A stretch of 64,000 nt of DNA from Candidatus Eiseniibacteriota bacterium (GCA_963823555.1 CAWGMA010000002.1:384001-448000), one strand, 5' to 3'; positions 19,156 to 29,819 are shown, numbered from the stretch's first letter. Translations and numbers: made by a program. The notes: generated by a model from the letters alone, not told the origin.

Positions 19156-19788
19156 CTAGCGGGAACGCTTCCCGGACTTCGCTCGGCTGTCGGAAGTGGC
19201 CTTCCGGGAGCCATTTCGCCCGGCCTTGCCGCCGCCGGCCTTGATCCCGGCGTGCGTGCGGGCCACGGCCTTGGCCGCCCGCCGCGCCGCCTGGGCCCGC
19301 TCCCTGTCCTTCGCTTTCTCCTTCGCCTTGGCGCCGGCCTTGCCCGCGCGGCGCAGGCGGCGGCGCTCCAGGGCCGCCTCCTTCATGGCGAGTCGATCGT
19401 GGGTCCGGGTCAGGCGCATCCACTGCTCGAGGTCGTCGGCGGTGCGGAAGATGACCTTCTCCGCCGGCTCGTTGGTGTTCGGCTCGCAGGTCTCGTTGTC
19501 GAAGTTGCGGCAGATGTACGGGCGAGTTTCGTACACGGCGCACTTGCCGTCCGCGAGCAGGTTCTCGCAGCGCGAGTAGAGGAGGACGTTCCACGTATCC
19601 TCGTGGTCGACGTAGACCTCGATGCCGGGGTGATAGAGGTACCAGCGAATGTTGTCGAAATCGCGGCGCGTCTCCGGCGTGTCGACCTCGATCGCGACAT
19701 ACTGGCAGCACTGGGTGCAGGCAGTGCACGGGATCAGGCCGGTCTTGGGATCGCGTTCGGCGTTGATGGGGATCTTCTGCGACAGCAT
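19156..19788 (-). CDS. YkgJ-family CxxCxxCC cysteine-cluster protein with a basic C-terminal tail
   Basis: CTACTQCC, C...CAVYETRPYICRNF; the last ~70 aa are K/R/A-rich. Confidence 0.85.
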   Translation of the reverse strand: MLSQKIPINAERDPKTGLIPCTACTQCCQYVAIEVDTPETRRDFDNIRWYLYHPGIEVYVDHEDTWNVLLYSRCENLLADGKCAVYETRPYICRNFDNETCEPNTNEPAEKVIFRTADDLEQWMRLTRTHDRLAMKEAALERRRLRRAGKAGAKAKEKAKDRERAQAARRAAKAVARTHAGIKAGGGKAGRNGSRKATSDSRAKSGKRSR

Positions 19789-19921
19789 GGGGTCCTCTGA
19801 TGGTCTTCGGGGAGCGCTTCAGACGATTGCGTGATCGCCAAAACCTAGCAGTCGCATTGCGTGAGGGTCAACTCGTTTCGCTCGCGGGGTGATGGCACAC
19901 GCGCTTCCGTCCACTGATCGC

Positions 19922-21793
19922 TCACGGCGCGGAGACTCTGTGCATGGCCTCTCGCACACGCTCGGCGTTCTCGTAGGTGGGCACTCGCTCGAGCACGCGA
20001 TCGATCTGGGCATGGGCTTCCTCGCGGTGTCCCGTTTCGAAGAGGAAGATCGCGCGCCGGGTCGCCATCTCGAGGACGAGGCCGGCGAGCTGTTTGCGCT
20101 GGGGATCCGTGCCGGCGAAGGCCGGTTCCAGGTCGCGGACCGACTTGAGCGGCGGCGGGACCGGCTCGGGTGGCGGCGCCGGCGGACGCTCCCGGTGGAG
20201 ACGCATGGCGAGTCCCGAAGGGACCATCACGAAGCCATCCGCGATTCCCGGCTCGATGGCGTCGGGGGTGAGGTAGACGGGGCGCGAGGTCGCGGCCCCG
20301 GTGAGCAGGCAGTTGATCATCTCCACATAGAGGTTCTGCAGGACCTGGGCGTCGTAGGGTTCGCCGCGTTCGAAGGGGATGAGCGCCGAGTCGAACTCGG
20401 CCATCCGTTCGCGGCAGCCGGCGGTGAGATCCGGGTCCCAGCGGGTGAGCTGTCGCAGGTACCAGCGACGGCGCAGCAGCTCCTTCTCGAGGACGGTCAC
20501 ATCACGCCGCTGGTTCCGTACCAGCTGCTCGTAGATGGATGCCGAGCAGAACTGATCCCACTGTCGGCTCAGGATCACGGCCTCCGGATCGAGCGAGGCG
20601 AACATGGCCGCCGTGTAGTCGGGCACGAGGTGGTTATGGCGTTGATTCGCCGCCCCGAAGTTCCAGGTGGCGGCCAGTCCCGGCAGCGCCAGGGCGGCGG
20701 CGGTGATCAGGAGGCGAGACGAACGGCGGCCGCCGGCCGCGTGAGGCATCGCCCCGGAGTGGGCGATGCTGCGTCGCCGGAGCGCGTCCAGCGAGAACGC
20801 GATCCCGGTGCCGGCCCACAGCGCCACCATGAGAAAGGCCGGGAGGAAGTAGGAGTCGATGTCGTGGATGTCATAGTTGATGGCATAGAGGAGATTGAGG
20901 AGGAAGAGGAGGACCGTGGCCTCGACGATCGCTCGCGCCCGCCGCCAGAGGAGGACGAGCCCCGCGGCCGCCGCGAGGAGCGCGATCGGCGTCATCTCGG
21001 CGCCCAGGAGCTCGACGAACCGAGCGAGCTGCTTCATCGCCACCTGGGTGCCCGACAGGAACCACACCCGATAGACCGCTCCCGTCGCATGGCGATAGAA
21101 ATCGCCCAGCGTCTGCGGATCGCCCCAGTCGAGAGGCGGGTTCAGGGCGGAACGCACCGGCAGGTAGAGGTAGATCGTGAGCCCGGCCAGGAAGGCGATC
21201 CCGAGCGCCGGGGCCCGGCGCCAGAGATCGCTGACACCGACCTCGCGCGCGATGAGGAAGACGAGGGCGGGGAGCAGGAGCAGGGTCGAGAGGTGATTGC
21301 CGACGGCGAGCCCGGCCAGATACGCGAAGAGGAGGGGGTTGACCTCGGCCCAGGCCACCCGCAGCGCGAGGTGGAAGAGGATCGCGATCAGGAGGAGATG
21401 GAGCGCATAGACCTCGACGATGACGGCCTGCTCCCAGACCGTGAGCCCCGCGGCCAGGAGGAGCGCGGCGGCTAGTCCCCCGGCGACGGCGGCCTCCCGG
21501 TGCAACCCCAGAGCGAGAAGGAGCCGCTTGAGCGTCAGATGCACCACCAGCGCCGCTCCGGCGCCGCACAGCGCCGAGAACAGGGTGAGACGCGCGATGG
21601 GCTCGAGCGGTCCGGGCGGGATGCAAACGGTCCGTCCGAGGAGCGTGTAGAGCGGATAGCCCGTGGGGTGAGCGATGCCGAGGGTCGCGGCCGCGGCGGC
21701 CAGCTCACCCGAGTCGATGAAGGTCAGGTCCGGGGCCCGCGTCGCCACATAGAGGAGGAACGGGAGCAAGAAGGCGGTAGCACCGGCCCGCAT
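19922..21793 (-). CDS. DUF2723 membrane glycosyltransferase (GT-C, TMEM260-like)
   Basis: DSGELAAAAATLGIAHPTGYPLY, AVIVEVYAL, LAVGNHL, YLYLPVRS, DWGDP; many TM helices; C-terminal TPR-like helix pair. Confidence 0.88.
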   Translation of the reverse strand: MRAGATAFLLPFLLYVATRAPDLTFIDSGELAAAAATLGIAHPTGYPLYTLLGRTVCIPPGPLEPIARLTLFSALCGAGAALVVHLTLKRLLLALGLHREAAVAGGLAAALLLAAGLTVWEQAVIVEVYALHLLLIAILFHLALRVAWAEVNPLLFAYLAGLAVGNHLSTLLLLPALVFLIAREVGVSDLWRRAPALGIAFLAGLTIYLYLPVRSALNPPLDWGDPQTLGDFYRHATGAVYRVWFLSGTQVAMKQLARFVELLGAEMTPIALLAAAAGLVLLWRRARAIVEATVLLFLLNLLYAINYDIHDIDSYFLPAFLMVALWAGTGIAFSLDALRRRSIAHSGAMPHAAGGRRSSRLLITAAALALPGLAATWNFGAANQRHNHLVPDYTAAMFASLDPEAVILSRQWDQFCSASIYEQLVRNQRRDVTVLEKELLRRRWYLRQLTRWDPDLTAGCRERMAEFDSALIPFERGEPYDAQVLQNLYVEMINCLLTGAATSRPVYLTPDAIEPGIADGFVMVPSGLAMRLHRERPPAPPPEPVPPPLKSVRDLEPAFAGTDPQRKQLAGLVLEMATRRAIFLFETGHREEAHAQIDRVLERVPTYENAERVREAMHRVSAP

Positions 21794-21809
21794 CGATCGT
21801 GCTCCAGGG

Positions 21810-23153
21810 TCAGCGCAGGTCGGCCGACCCGGAGGCGGGTTCGGCCCCTGGGTTCCCGGACACGGCGCCCTGCTCGCCGACGCCGGTCGCCGTCAGATAA
21901 TGGCTCCGTTCTTCCTCCGGCACCTCGTAGGCGGTCGCGATCAAGCCCTTGGCCTTGTCGTGGGAGCCGCGGAACTCCTTGACCTGGAGGACACGCTGGT
22001 AGTCGGTCATCGCCTCCATGCGTCGCCCCACGATGTCATGAATGCGGCCGCGCTCGAGGAGCGCCGTCGCCGTGAGCCACTCGGTCCCGGGATTGGGGTC
22101 GGCGATGAGCTCATCGAGGAGCGGCTTGGCCCGATCGAAGAGCCCGGCCACCTTGTAGGTGCTGGCCAGGAAGTACGTCGTCATGTCCCGCGACTGGCGG
22201 CCGAACGCCGGTTCGGTCTTGGCCTTCGCCACCATCTCCTCGAGGATCTGGATCGCGTTGGCGTAGTCGTGTTCGGAGCGATAGGCGAAGCCGAGCATGC
22301 CGTAGAAATCGAGGTTCTTCGGATAGGTGTCGTGGAGCCCCTTGAGGATGTTGAGCGCCTCCTCGTAGCGGCCCTCGGTGTCGAGGTAGGCGATGGCCAG
22401 GAAGATCCGGGCGTCGACCTGGGTGAAGAGGCCGCCCCGCGCCGCGCGCTCCATCTCCTCGAGGCCGCGCTGCTTGTCCCCGCTCAATCCCAGCAGGAAC
22501 TTCGACAGCAGGCGGGCGAACCATGGCAGCTCGGCCGCGTAGTAGTCGTAGACCCCGAGGCCAAAGTAGCTGTCGTCGAGATCGGGATGGTAGCGGGCCA
22601 GAAGCCGGAGGTACTTGCGCGCCGTGACGGCGGTGTTCACCGTCTCCAGCCGCTTCCCCGTGAGGCCGTCGAGAATGGCCTTTCGCCCATTGAGCCCCCC
22701 CATGAAGAAGAGGGCCATGGGATCGCGATCATCTCGCTCGAGCAGTTTCTCGCAGAGGGCCATGCCGCCGGTGGCGTGCTTGCGGCACAGGGTCACGAAC
22801 TCCGGGCGATCGAGGTTGTTGATCGCCTGCCACCAGTAGGTCTCGGCGAGCAGGAAATCGCCGAGCGGACTGCGCGGATTCGCTTCCTGGATGACCCTGG
22901 CTTCGGCCTCCGCCTCGGCGAACTCGAAGTTGTAGATGCGATTGACGACGGCGACGGCCTGCCGGTGCTGCTCCGCGGTGAGCGGGATCCGCTCGTCATA
23001 GGGGAAGGCCGGCGGACCGAGAGGTTCGCCGGCGAGTCCCCTGGCGCCTCCAGCCAGGTTGAGGGCGAGGATCAGGATCAGGATGAGGGGGACGCGGTTG
23101 GGCGGGCCGTTCTCGGCCCGCCCAACGCCGAGGTCGGGGTTCAGGGTGTGCAT
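21810..23153 (-). CDS. Exported tetratricopeptide-repeat protein
   Basis: Hydrophobic N-terminal stretch, all-helical with TPR-like motifs (YFGLGVYDYY, YGMLGFAY, ERGRIHD...AMTDYQRV). Confidence 0.75.
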   Translation of the reverse strand: MHTLNPDLGVGRAENGPPNRVPLILILILALNLAGGARGLAGEPLGPPAFPYDERIPLTAEQHRQAVAVVNRIYNFEFAEAEAEARVIQEANPRSPLGDFLLAETYWWQAINNLDRPEFVTLCRKHATGGMALCEKLLERDDRDPMALFFMGGLNGRKAILDGLTGKRLETVNTAVTARKYLRLLARYHPDLDDSYFGLGVYDYYAAELPWFARLLSKFLLGLSGDKQRGLEEMERAARGGLFTQVDARIFLAIAYLDTEGRYEEALNILKGLHDTYPKNLDFYGMLGFAYRSEHDYANAIQILEEMVAKAKTEPAFGRQSRDMTTYFLASTYKVAGLFDRAKPLLDELIADPNPGTEWLTATALLERGRIHDIVGRRMEAMTDYQRVLQVKEFRGSHDKAKGLIATAYEVPEEERSHYLTATGVGEQGAVSGNPGAEPASGSADLR

Positions 23154-24775
23154 CCTGGGGGAAAAGCTCCTCTTTCTTCACAGGGCGCAGCGAGGAAGGG
23201 CGATTCGGGATCGAGACGCAGGTTCTCGGCCGCCGCGTCGCAGAAGAGGGGGTCCGTGTCGCTCGCGAGGTCGAGCAGGTACGTGACTTCCGAGGCCGCG
23301 CCGGATCCATCGATCAGGCCACCCACGTTCCGGTGGAAGCCATCGCAGTTCGAGCTCAAGTTGGACTGGTTGAAGTAGATCGTGGATCCGGTCGGGCCGG
23401 CCACGTTCTCGGCGAAGATGTTCGATTCGCTGAAGACGTTGGCCGGGCCCAGGTCGAAGTCGAGGTAGATGCAGCTGCCGCTGGTTGCCGAGTTGCGGTA
23501 GAACGTCGAGTTGTGAATGCTGGCGTCCGCCGACCGCACCTCGATCGCCCCGGCGATGCCGGCCGTGGCCTGGTTGCGGATGAAGACGCAGTGGGCGATC
23601 TCCGGCGACGACTGATCGAACATGGCGATGGCGCCGCCGCGGTACGCGCGGTTGGCCACGAACAGGCACCGGCGAATCTTGGCGTTGGTGTCGTAGAGGG
23701 CAATGGCGCCGCCGCGGTCGTTGGAGGACTGGTTGTTCTCGAACGTGCAGTCCTCGACCACCATGTCGGCCTCGTCGCAGAGGATCGATCCGCCCGGCTC
23801 GGTATTCGACCGACCCCCGCTCAACGTGAGCCCCTTGATCGTCACCCGTCGCTCGGCGGTGAACACCCGGAAGTGCCGGTTGCCGCTCGTGGTCAACGTG
23901 GTCACGTCCTGGCCGCCCTCGCCCAGAACGACGACGTCGACGCCGAGGTTGATGTTGTCGACGACGTAGGTCCCGGGGGCGACGAGCACGGTGTCGCCAT
24001 CGTTGCAGGCGAAGACCGCCTCCTGGATCGTCCCGTACTCGCTGGGAACGCGCCGCGAGATCCCCTCCAGGATCCGGAAACGCCAGGTCGACTCGCTCTG
24101 ATAGTTGGCCTGGTTGAACATGCTGATATGGACCGTGACCTGTCCCGGCAGCAGGTTGACCGGTGGCGTGTACTCGAAGGCGCCGTGGCGCAACGGTTCG
24201 ATGTCGTAGACATCGACATCGTCAATGCGCTCTCCGTTGATCTCGAGGATGAAGGAACCGATGCGGTATCCCGCGCCCGCGCAGCGGAACTCGCCTGCGA
24301 TCCGCGGCTTGCGCTCGACGTGGAGGGAGTTGAGGGGGGGGGCGAGATTCTCGAAGCGCACGCGCGACGTATCAGGGACCGTCACCTCGACCGACGTCGT
24401 CTGTCCGGCGAGAACGTTGATGTTGTCCACCCGCCCGACGAAATAGCCGGGCAACTCGACCGAAGCGGCGAGGTCGTAGATCCCCTGGTCGAGGGGGTCG
24501 CTCTGGAACGTGCCGTCATCATCGGGGAAGGTGGTGCTCACCTTCTCGTCGGTCTCCGCATCGAAGATCTCGATCTTGACCTGCGTGATGCGGGTGTCAT
24601 CCAGAAGGAAGGCCGTGCCAGCGATGAATCCCTTCTCGTCGTTCCCATCCGGTCCGGTGGGTTCATCGTCGCCGCAACCGCCGATTCCCACAAGGAGCAG
24701 GCAGAGCGCGGGCAGAATGCAGATGCTGAGAGTGGGCCGCCGGAGAGCGGCGATCCGGTCGCTGAGACTGGCCAT
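23141..24775 (-). CDS. Lipoprotein with carboxypeptidase-regulatory-like/Ig domains and right-handed parallel beta-helix repeats
   Basis: Lipobox-like LVGIGGC; VPSEYGTIQEAV...GDTVLVAPGTY; repeated GGAI / C-x-F-x-x-N motifs; DPLFCD. Start uncertain. Confidence 0.78.
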   Translation of the reverse strand: MASLSDRIAALRRPTLSICILPALCLLLVGIGGCGDDEPTGPDGNDEKGFIAGTAFLLDDTRITQVKIEIFDAETDEKVSTTFPDDDGTFQSDPLDQGIYDLAASVELPGYFVGRVDNINVLAGQTTSVEVTVPDTSRVRFENLAPPLNSLHVERKPRIAGEFRCAGAGYRIGSFILEINGERIDDVDVYDIEPLRHGAFEYTPPVNLLPGQVTVHISMFNQANYQSESTWRFRILEGISRRVPSEYGTIQEAVFACNDGDTVLVAPGTYVVDNINLGVDVVVLGEGGQDVTTLTTSGNRHFRVFTAERRVTIKGLTLSGGRSNTEPGGSILCDEADMVVEDCTFENNQSSNDRGGAIALYDTNAKIRRCLFVANRAYRGGAIAMFDQSSPEIAHCVFIRNQATAGIAGAIEVRSADASIHNSTFYRNSATSGSCIYLDFDLGPANVFSESNIFAENVAGPTGSTIYFNQSNLSSNCDGFHRNVGGLIDGSGAASEVTYLLDLASDTDPLFCDAAAENLRLDPESPFLAAPCEERGAFPPGCTP

Positions 24776-25042
24776 GGTGGGTACTCCTCCCATCCCGGAA
24801 CCCCGCCGCTCGAGCTCTTGCAGCCCGCCGGCGCGGTTCACGTTCTTGTCCACATCCTCGAAGACCGTCGCACGCTTCGAGGGGGGAGAGCGAAGTTCGG
24901 GCTGGGGGATCGCATTGCCTGGGTGAGCCTGTCGCGTCATAGTGGACGCGTCCACTGGACCCGAGCCGGGCCAGTGTAATCGCAGGCGCGATCGGCAGCA
25001 AGGCTCCTCGCTCCCGCCAGGGGCTTCGAGGGGCCTGAACGG

Positions 25043-25612
25043 ATGGGCTGGCTTGGGTTTCGCCGGGTGATCTGCGCCGCCGGGCGCCCCCAGGGCGCTC
25101 AGCCGGGGAGGAGGATCGACCTCTTGGCAGTCCGGATACCGGGAGGGTGGGGGAGGATCGGGGTCGGGATGATGGCGATCTTCTTGCTGGGCTCATGCGC
25201 CTCGAGCCAGAAGCCCGGCGGATCGGCCTCGATCGACATCCCGGCTCCAGTCCCCGCTGATCTGGACTCGACCGCCGCCGCGGTGGCCCGGGCGGCGGGT
25301 ATCCGTGCCGGGGAGCTCGCGCTTCTCGAGCCGGGGCCACCCCGGATCCTCTCCGGTGGAGTCCTCTTCTCCCTGCCCCTGCCGTCGGCGAACACGGTCT
25401 TCGTCGCCGGCACCTTCAACGGCTGGGTGCCGAATCAGTACGAGCTCGTCCGCCGGGATGGCCGGGTCTGGGTTGGCGTGATCCCGGTTCCCCGGGGCCG
25501 CCACCTCTACAAGTTCCTCATCGACGGGCGCCGGTGGATCCTCGATCCGGCGAACCCTGATCGCGGCCGGGACGGCACGGGTGGGGATGCTTCGGTGCTG
25601 TTCGTACCCTGA
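25043..25612 (+). CDS. Putative lipoprotein with a CBM48/AMPK-type glycogen-binding domain
   Basis: LLGSC lipobox; VFVAGTFNGW, YKFLIDGRRWILDPANP. True start is probably downstream of 25043. Confidence 0.75.
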   Translation: MGWLGFRRVICAAGRPQGAQPGRRIDLLAVRIPGGWGRIGVGMMAIFLLGSCASSQKPGGSASIDIPAPVPADLDSTAAAVARAAGIRAGELALLEPGPPRILSGGVLFSLPLPSANTVFVAGTFNGWVPNQYELVRRDGRVWVGVIPVPRGRHLYKFLIDGRRWILDPANPDRGRDGTGGDASVLFVP

Positions 25613-25618
25613 GCCGGA

Positions 25619-27541
25619 TCAGCGGAGCAGGGTCATCCGCCGGAGCTCGACCGAGTCGCGGGTGGTCAGGCGGTAGAAGTAGGTTCCGCTCGGGAGCTTG
25701 TCGCCGGCATCATTGAGCCCGTCCCAGGCGACCAGGTGCTCCCCGGCCGACTTGAACTCATGGACCAGCGTGCGCACGATCTTGCCGGAGGAGTTGAAGA
25801 CCACGAGCGTGACCGGTCCCGGCTTCTCGATCTTGTAGGAGATCTCGGTTGCCGGGTTGAACGGGTTGGGCACGTTCTGCGCGAGATCCCGCGGGGTCCT
25901 CTCCTTGGTGACCTGTCCGGTCGGGGCCGGCGGATACTCGGCGAGGGTGTTGCGCCATACCGTCACGTGATCGGCGATCGAGCTCGCGACAGCGAGGTCG
26001 ATCACACCGTCGCCGTCGAAATCGGCGGCTTCGACAGCCACCGGTCCCGCATCCACGGCGAACCGCGTGCCGAGGGAGAAGATTCCCGATCCTTCGTTCA
26101 GGAGCACGGTCACATCGTCGGAGTCGAGCCCGGGCACGGCAAGATCGAGATCCCCATCGCCATCCAGGTCGGCGAGCGCGGGGAGGAACGGACGATCCCC
26201 GGTCGCATAGGCGATTGGATTCCGGTAGGCGATCGCCTTGGCGGTGGTGTCTCGCTTGCTCCGGGGCGGACCGGATTCATTGCCGGCAGGGTCTGCGGCC
26301 CGCGGGCCGGCCAGGAACACGGAGACCTCGTTCGAGCCCTGATTGACGGTGATGAGGTCAGGGACTCGATCGCCGTTCAGGTCCGCGGCCATCACGACCT
26401 CGGGGCGGCTTCCGGTCTCGAGCGTGCCGGCCTGTTCGAAGCGCCCATCCCCCAGGTTGCGGAGGAGGATCACCTGATCGCCCTCCTCGTTGGCGGCTGC
26501 CAGGTCGAGATCCTGGTCGCCGTCGAGATCGGCCAGGGCGACGGACTCGATCCCGCGGGCGGCGCGCACTCGCCGTTCGCGCCCCAGGTTGCCACCGCTT
26601 TCGGCAGGTAGCACCGTGATGCGGTCGGTGCTCGAGAGATGGGCGATCAGCACCTCGTCGCGTCCATCCAGGTTGAGATCGCCGGTGATGGCCTGGACCG
26701 GGGTCCCCGTCTCGAGCTTGCGGGTCGCATCGAGGACGAAGCGGCCATCGCCCCGTCCGCGCAGGACGGCGAGATTGCCCGAGGTCTCTCCCGGGATGAC
26801 GAGATCGAGGCGCGAGTCGCGGTCGAGGTCGGCGAGAACGAAGCGGCTCGGATCTTCGATGTCGTCGAGCGCCATGGCAGGCAAGGGGCTGAAGGCCCCG
26901 TCACCCTGATTGATGAAGACGTGAAGATCCTCCACGCCGAGGACCGCGGTGACCACGAGATCGAGATCGCCGTCGGCGTCGAGGTCGGCGGCGGCGAGCA
27001 TGTTGGGGCTCTTGCTGACCTCGAACCCGGTCATGCGAGCGAATCGAGCGGGCCCGGGTGCTGCTGCCACGTGGAACGTGAGCAGTGCTCCGGCGAAGCC
27101 CTCCTGGCGCGCGATGGCGAGCCGCGCCATCTCGCCCGGGAGGAACGGGCGATCGGGGACCAGGGACAGGGTCCGCGACCTGGCCGCATAGCTGGCGCGG
27201 ACGCTGTGTGGCCCCGATTGCCGGCCATGGAGCTGGATGGCCGGGGGGGTCTTGGCCGACCAGACCTGATCCGCGTCGAGGACGATCTCGACTGCGGCGT
27301 CGGCGGGCACGCCCAGCGCCTGGGGAGCGGGGGTCCGGGCCTGGTTGGCGGCCAGGGCCGAATGGTCCGAGATGACTCCGGGCAGAGCGAGAAGCAGGCC
27401 CAGGGCCAGGGCGGCCGGCACCGCGAGGCGGGCAGTCGGCAGGAAGTGAGGCCTGGAGGCAGGTCGGAGGATGCGCCCGATCCGAAGATCCGAGCCGCGG
27501 GTCCCACGCCTCCTGGAGTGCGGGTTTTTGTTATGTAACAT
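25619..27541 (-). CDS. Secreted FG-GAP repeat beta-propeller protein with a C-terminal FlgD-Ig domain
   Basis: Seven DLDxDGxxD-like repeats; LAQNVPNPFNPAT...WDG...SGTYFYRL. Confidence 0.88.
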   Translation of the reverse strand: MLHNKNPHSRRRGTRGSDLRIGRILRPASRPHFLPTARLAVPAALALGLLLALPGVISDHSALAANQARTPAPQALGVPADAAVEIVLDADQVWSAKTPPAIQLHGRQSGPHSVRASYAARSRTLSLVPDRPFLPGEMARLAIARQEGFAGALLTFHVAAAPGPARFARMTGFEVSKSPNMLAAADLDADGDLDLVVTAVLGVEDLHVFINQGDGAFSPLPAMALDDIEDPSRFVLADLDRDSRLDLVIPGETSGNLAVLRGRGDGRFVLDATRKLETGTPVQAITGDLNLDGRDEVLIAHLSSTDRITVLPAESGGNLGRERRVRAARGIESVALADLDGDQDLDLAAANEEGDQVILLRNLGDGRFEQAGTLETGSRPEVVMAADLNGDRVPDLITVNQGSNEVSVFLAGPRAADPAGNESGPPRSKRDTTAKAIAYRNPIAYATGDRPFLPALADLDGDGDLDLAVPGLDSDDVTVLLNEGSGIFSLGTRFAVDAGPVAVEAADFDGDGVIDLAVASSIADHVTVWRNTLAEYPPAPTGQVTKERTPRDLAQNVPNPFNPATEISYKIEKPGPVTLVVFNSSGKIVRTLVHEFKSAGEHLVAWDGLNDAGDKLPSGTYFYRLTTRDSVELRRMTLLR

Positions 27542-27818
27542 ATATCCAACAAACGACTTGAGCGAGTCGAGACGATTCCGGAGTGGCCTGCTGGAGGGCC
27601 GGGGATGAGGCCGGCAGGCTACGCGGGTGCGGATCGCGCTTCGATGGCCCCGGGGTTGTTCTCGCCCGGGCCGGTTCCGAGCTGAAGCGGTCGCTCGCTC
27701 AGGAGTCGGCAGACTCGGGAAATGCTAGGTGGCGCGGCCCGGGGTGTCAAGGCCACCCCGGCGGCTCGCCTCCCGCCCCGGGGGCGGGGTCGCATCCGGG
27801 TGAGAAGGCCCTGACCCG

Positions 27819-29780
27819 CTATTCAACGGCAATCGCGCCGGCCATTTCCACCGGCACGAGCCGCACCCGCTCATCGTAGAGGGCTCCACCCTCGCCGAGA
27901 TCGGTCAGGCGGGCCTGGATGAGGGCGTTGGCGCAACGCCCGGCGCCGAGATGTCCACCCTTGGGAATGATCGCCACGTCGCGACGCTGGGCGGGGTCGT
28001 GGGCGATGCGCACATCGAGCGATCCAATCCGCGACTCGAGGCGGCAGAGCGCGCCATCGGGGATGCCGCCCGCCGTATCCGGATGCACGGTCACGATCGC
28101 CGGCCCTGCGACCGGCGTGGACCACTGCGAGGACTGCGCGCGATCAGTCGAGAGCGACATCAAGGTGAGCGGATAGTCGGTGCCGTTGCCCGCGGGTTCA
28201 GGTGGCCCCTCGGTGATCAGGTTGACCCGGCCGCTCGGGGTCGGAAACTTGCGATCGGCAAAAAGAATCTGCGGGGCGAGCGGGTTCTTGACCGCATTCC
28301 TCTCCAGGTGGTCGAGGGTGACGCCGCGGGGAGCCATCTCCTTCTCGAGGAGCCTCTCCTTCCACTCGCGAGCGGTCCCGGCCAGCGCTGCTTCGAGGCC
28401 GACCCTGGCCGCCAGTCCCTGGATGATCTCGAGATCGCTCCTGACGAGCGGTGGGGGGGCAACGACCGGCACCGAGGCGCTCAGCCAGTGGTGGCCGTAG
28501 GAGCCGAGCAGGTCGTCGGCTTCGAGGAGGGTCGTTGTCGGCAGCAGGAGATGCGCGCAGCGCGCGGTGTCGGTGAGAAAGGAGTCGGCGACGACGACGA
28601 ACTCACGGGATCGGAGGGCCGCGGCGGTGGTGTTCGACTCGGGCAGCATGGCGACCGGGTTGCCGCAGGTCACCCAGACCAGGCGCACCGGCGGGTCCGC
28701 GAGCCGCTCGAGCTCGGGACCGAAGAGCGGCTCGCATACCGTGCGCGGCGCCGCTGCCTTGCCGCGGATGAAGGAGACGTCGAAGGCGCCGTGCCGCTTG
28801 TAATAGAAGGAGACCCCGCCACCCGGGATGCCGAGGTTGCCGCTCACCGCCCCGAGCGCGTCCAGAGCGCGCACGATGGCGGCGCCGTTGGCGCGCCGGC
28901 CCATTCCCCACCCGACGAGGATCGCGGTCGGCTTGTCGCGCCCCAGCCGGTGTGCGAGATCCTCGGCCGCCGCGGGTTCGATGTCGGCTTCGGCGCACCA
29001 TGCCGCCACCGAGCGGCGCTCGGCCAGCGCCCGGAAATCCTCCAGGTGGTCGCAATAGGTCGCGGCGGCCGGATCCACGAGGCCTCGGGCGAAGAGCGTG
29101 CGGGCCACCGCCATCGCCAGGGCGAAGTCGCTTGCCGGGCGGTTCTGGATGGTCGAGTCGGCCAGGCTCGCCGTGCGATGGTGCACGGGGTCGATGAGCA
29201 CGATCTCGGTGCCGCGGGCCTTGGCCTCCTTGAGGATCGGGATCAGGTGGGGGCTCGACGTGTAGACGTTCTTGCCCCACAGGATGATGTGGCGCGAGCG
29301 GAGGAGATCGAAGATATCGTGGCTGTCCTCATCCCCGAAGTCGAGGACCTGGGCGGCATCCCCGGCGCCCGAGCAGATGTCGCCGCGCTTCACGGTGACC
29401 GGACCGAACTGCTCGAAGAAGTAGTCGCCGAGCATCTTGAGCACGCCCAGCGAGCCGCCGCTGCGATAGTGAAAGATGGCGGCCGGTCCCGATTCGCTGC
29501 GGATCTTGAGCAGGCGCTCGGCGGCGATGTCGAGCGCATCGTCCCAGGAGATGGGCTGGAAGTCGTCGGCGAGGCGCTGGCGGTAGAGCGGAGTCGTCAC
29601 TCGATCCGGGGAGTACTGGAGATCGAGAAAGCGGCTGGTGCGATAGCAGAGGAAGCCGCGAGTGATGGGGTGATCCTTCTCGCCCTGGAGGCGGATCACG
29701 CGGCCGTTCTCGACGGTGGCGACGATGCCGCAGGCATCGGGGCAATCACGATTGCAGGTGGTGCGGCGAAGCTCCTTCAC
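27819..29780 (-). CDS. Molybdopterin-dependent oxidoreductase, single subunit
   Basis: TCNRDCPDAC...GFLC 4Fe-4S motif, IILWGKN, NPVAM, DSFLTDTA, C-terminal molybdopterin-dinucleotide domain; no Tat signal seen. Confidence 0.88.
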   Translation of the reverse strand: MKELRRTTCNRDCPDACGIVATVENGRVIRLQGEKDHPITRGFLCYRTSRFLDLQYSPDRVTTPLYRQRLADDFQPISWDDALDIAAERLLKIRSESGPAAIFHYRSGGSLGVLKMLGDYFFEQFGPVTVKRGDICSGAGDAAQVLDFGDEDSHDIFDLLRSRHIILWGKNVYTSSPHLIPILKEAKARGTEIVLIDPVHHRTASLADSTIQNRPASDFALAMAVARTLFARGLVDPAAATYCDHLEDFRALAERRSVAAWCAEADIEPAAAEDLAHRLGRDKPTAILVGWGMGRRANGAAIVRALDALGAVSGNLGIPGGGVSFYYKRHGAFDVSFIRGKAAAPRTVCEPLFGPELERLADPPVRLVWVTCGNPVAMLPESNTTAAALRSREFVVVADSFLTDTARCAHLLLPTTTLLEADDLLGSYGHHWLSASVPVVAPPPLVRSDLEIIQGLAARVGLEAALAGTAREWKERLLEKEMAPRGVTLDHLERNAVKNPLAPQILFADRKFPTPSGRVNLITEGPPEPAGNGTDYPLTLMSLSTDRAQSSQWSTPVAGPAIVTVHPDTAGGIPDGALCRLESRIGSLDVRIAHDPAQRRDVAIIPKGGHLGAGRCANALIQARLTDLGEGGALYDERVRLVPVEMAGAIAVE

Positions 29781-29819
29781 TCTTCTCCTCCGGGACGGCG
29801 TTCGAGACGGGCGCGATCG

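Noticed and set aside
27819..29780. Selenocysteine or formate dehydrogenase assignment for the molybdoenzyme
   Set aside because: No in-frame TGA and no partner subunits; the substrate cannot be assigned from motifs.
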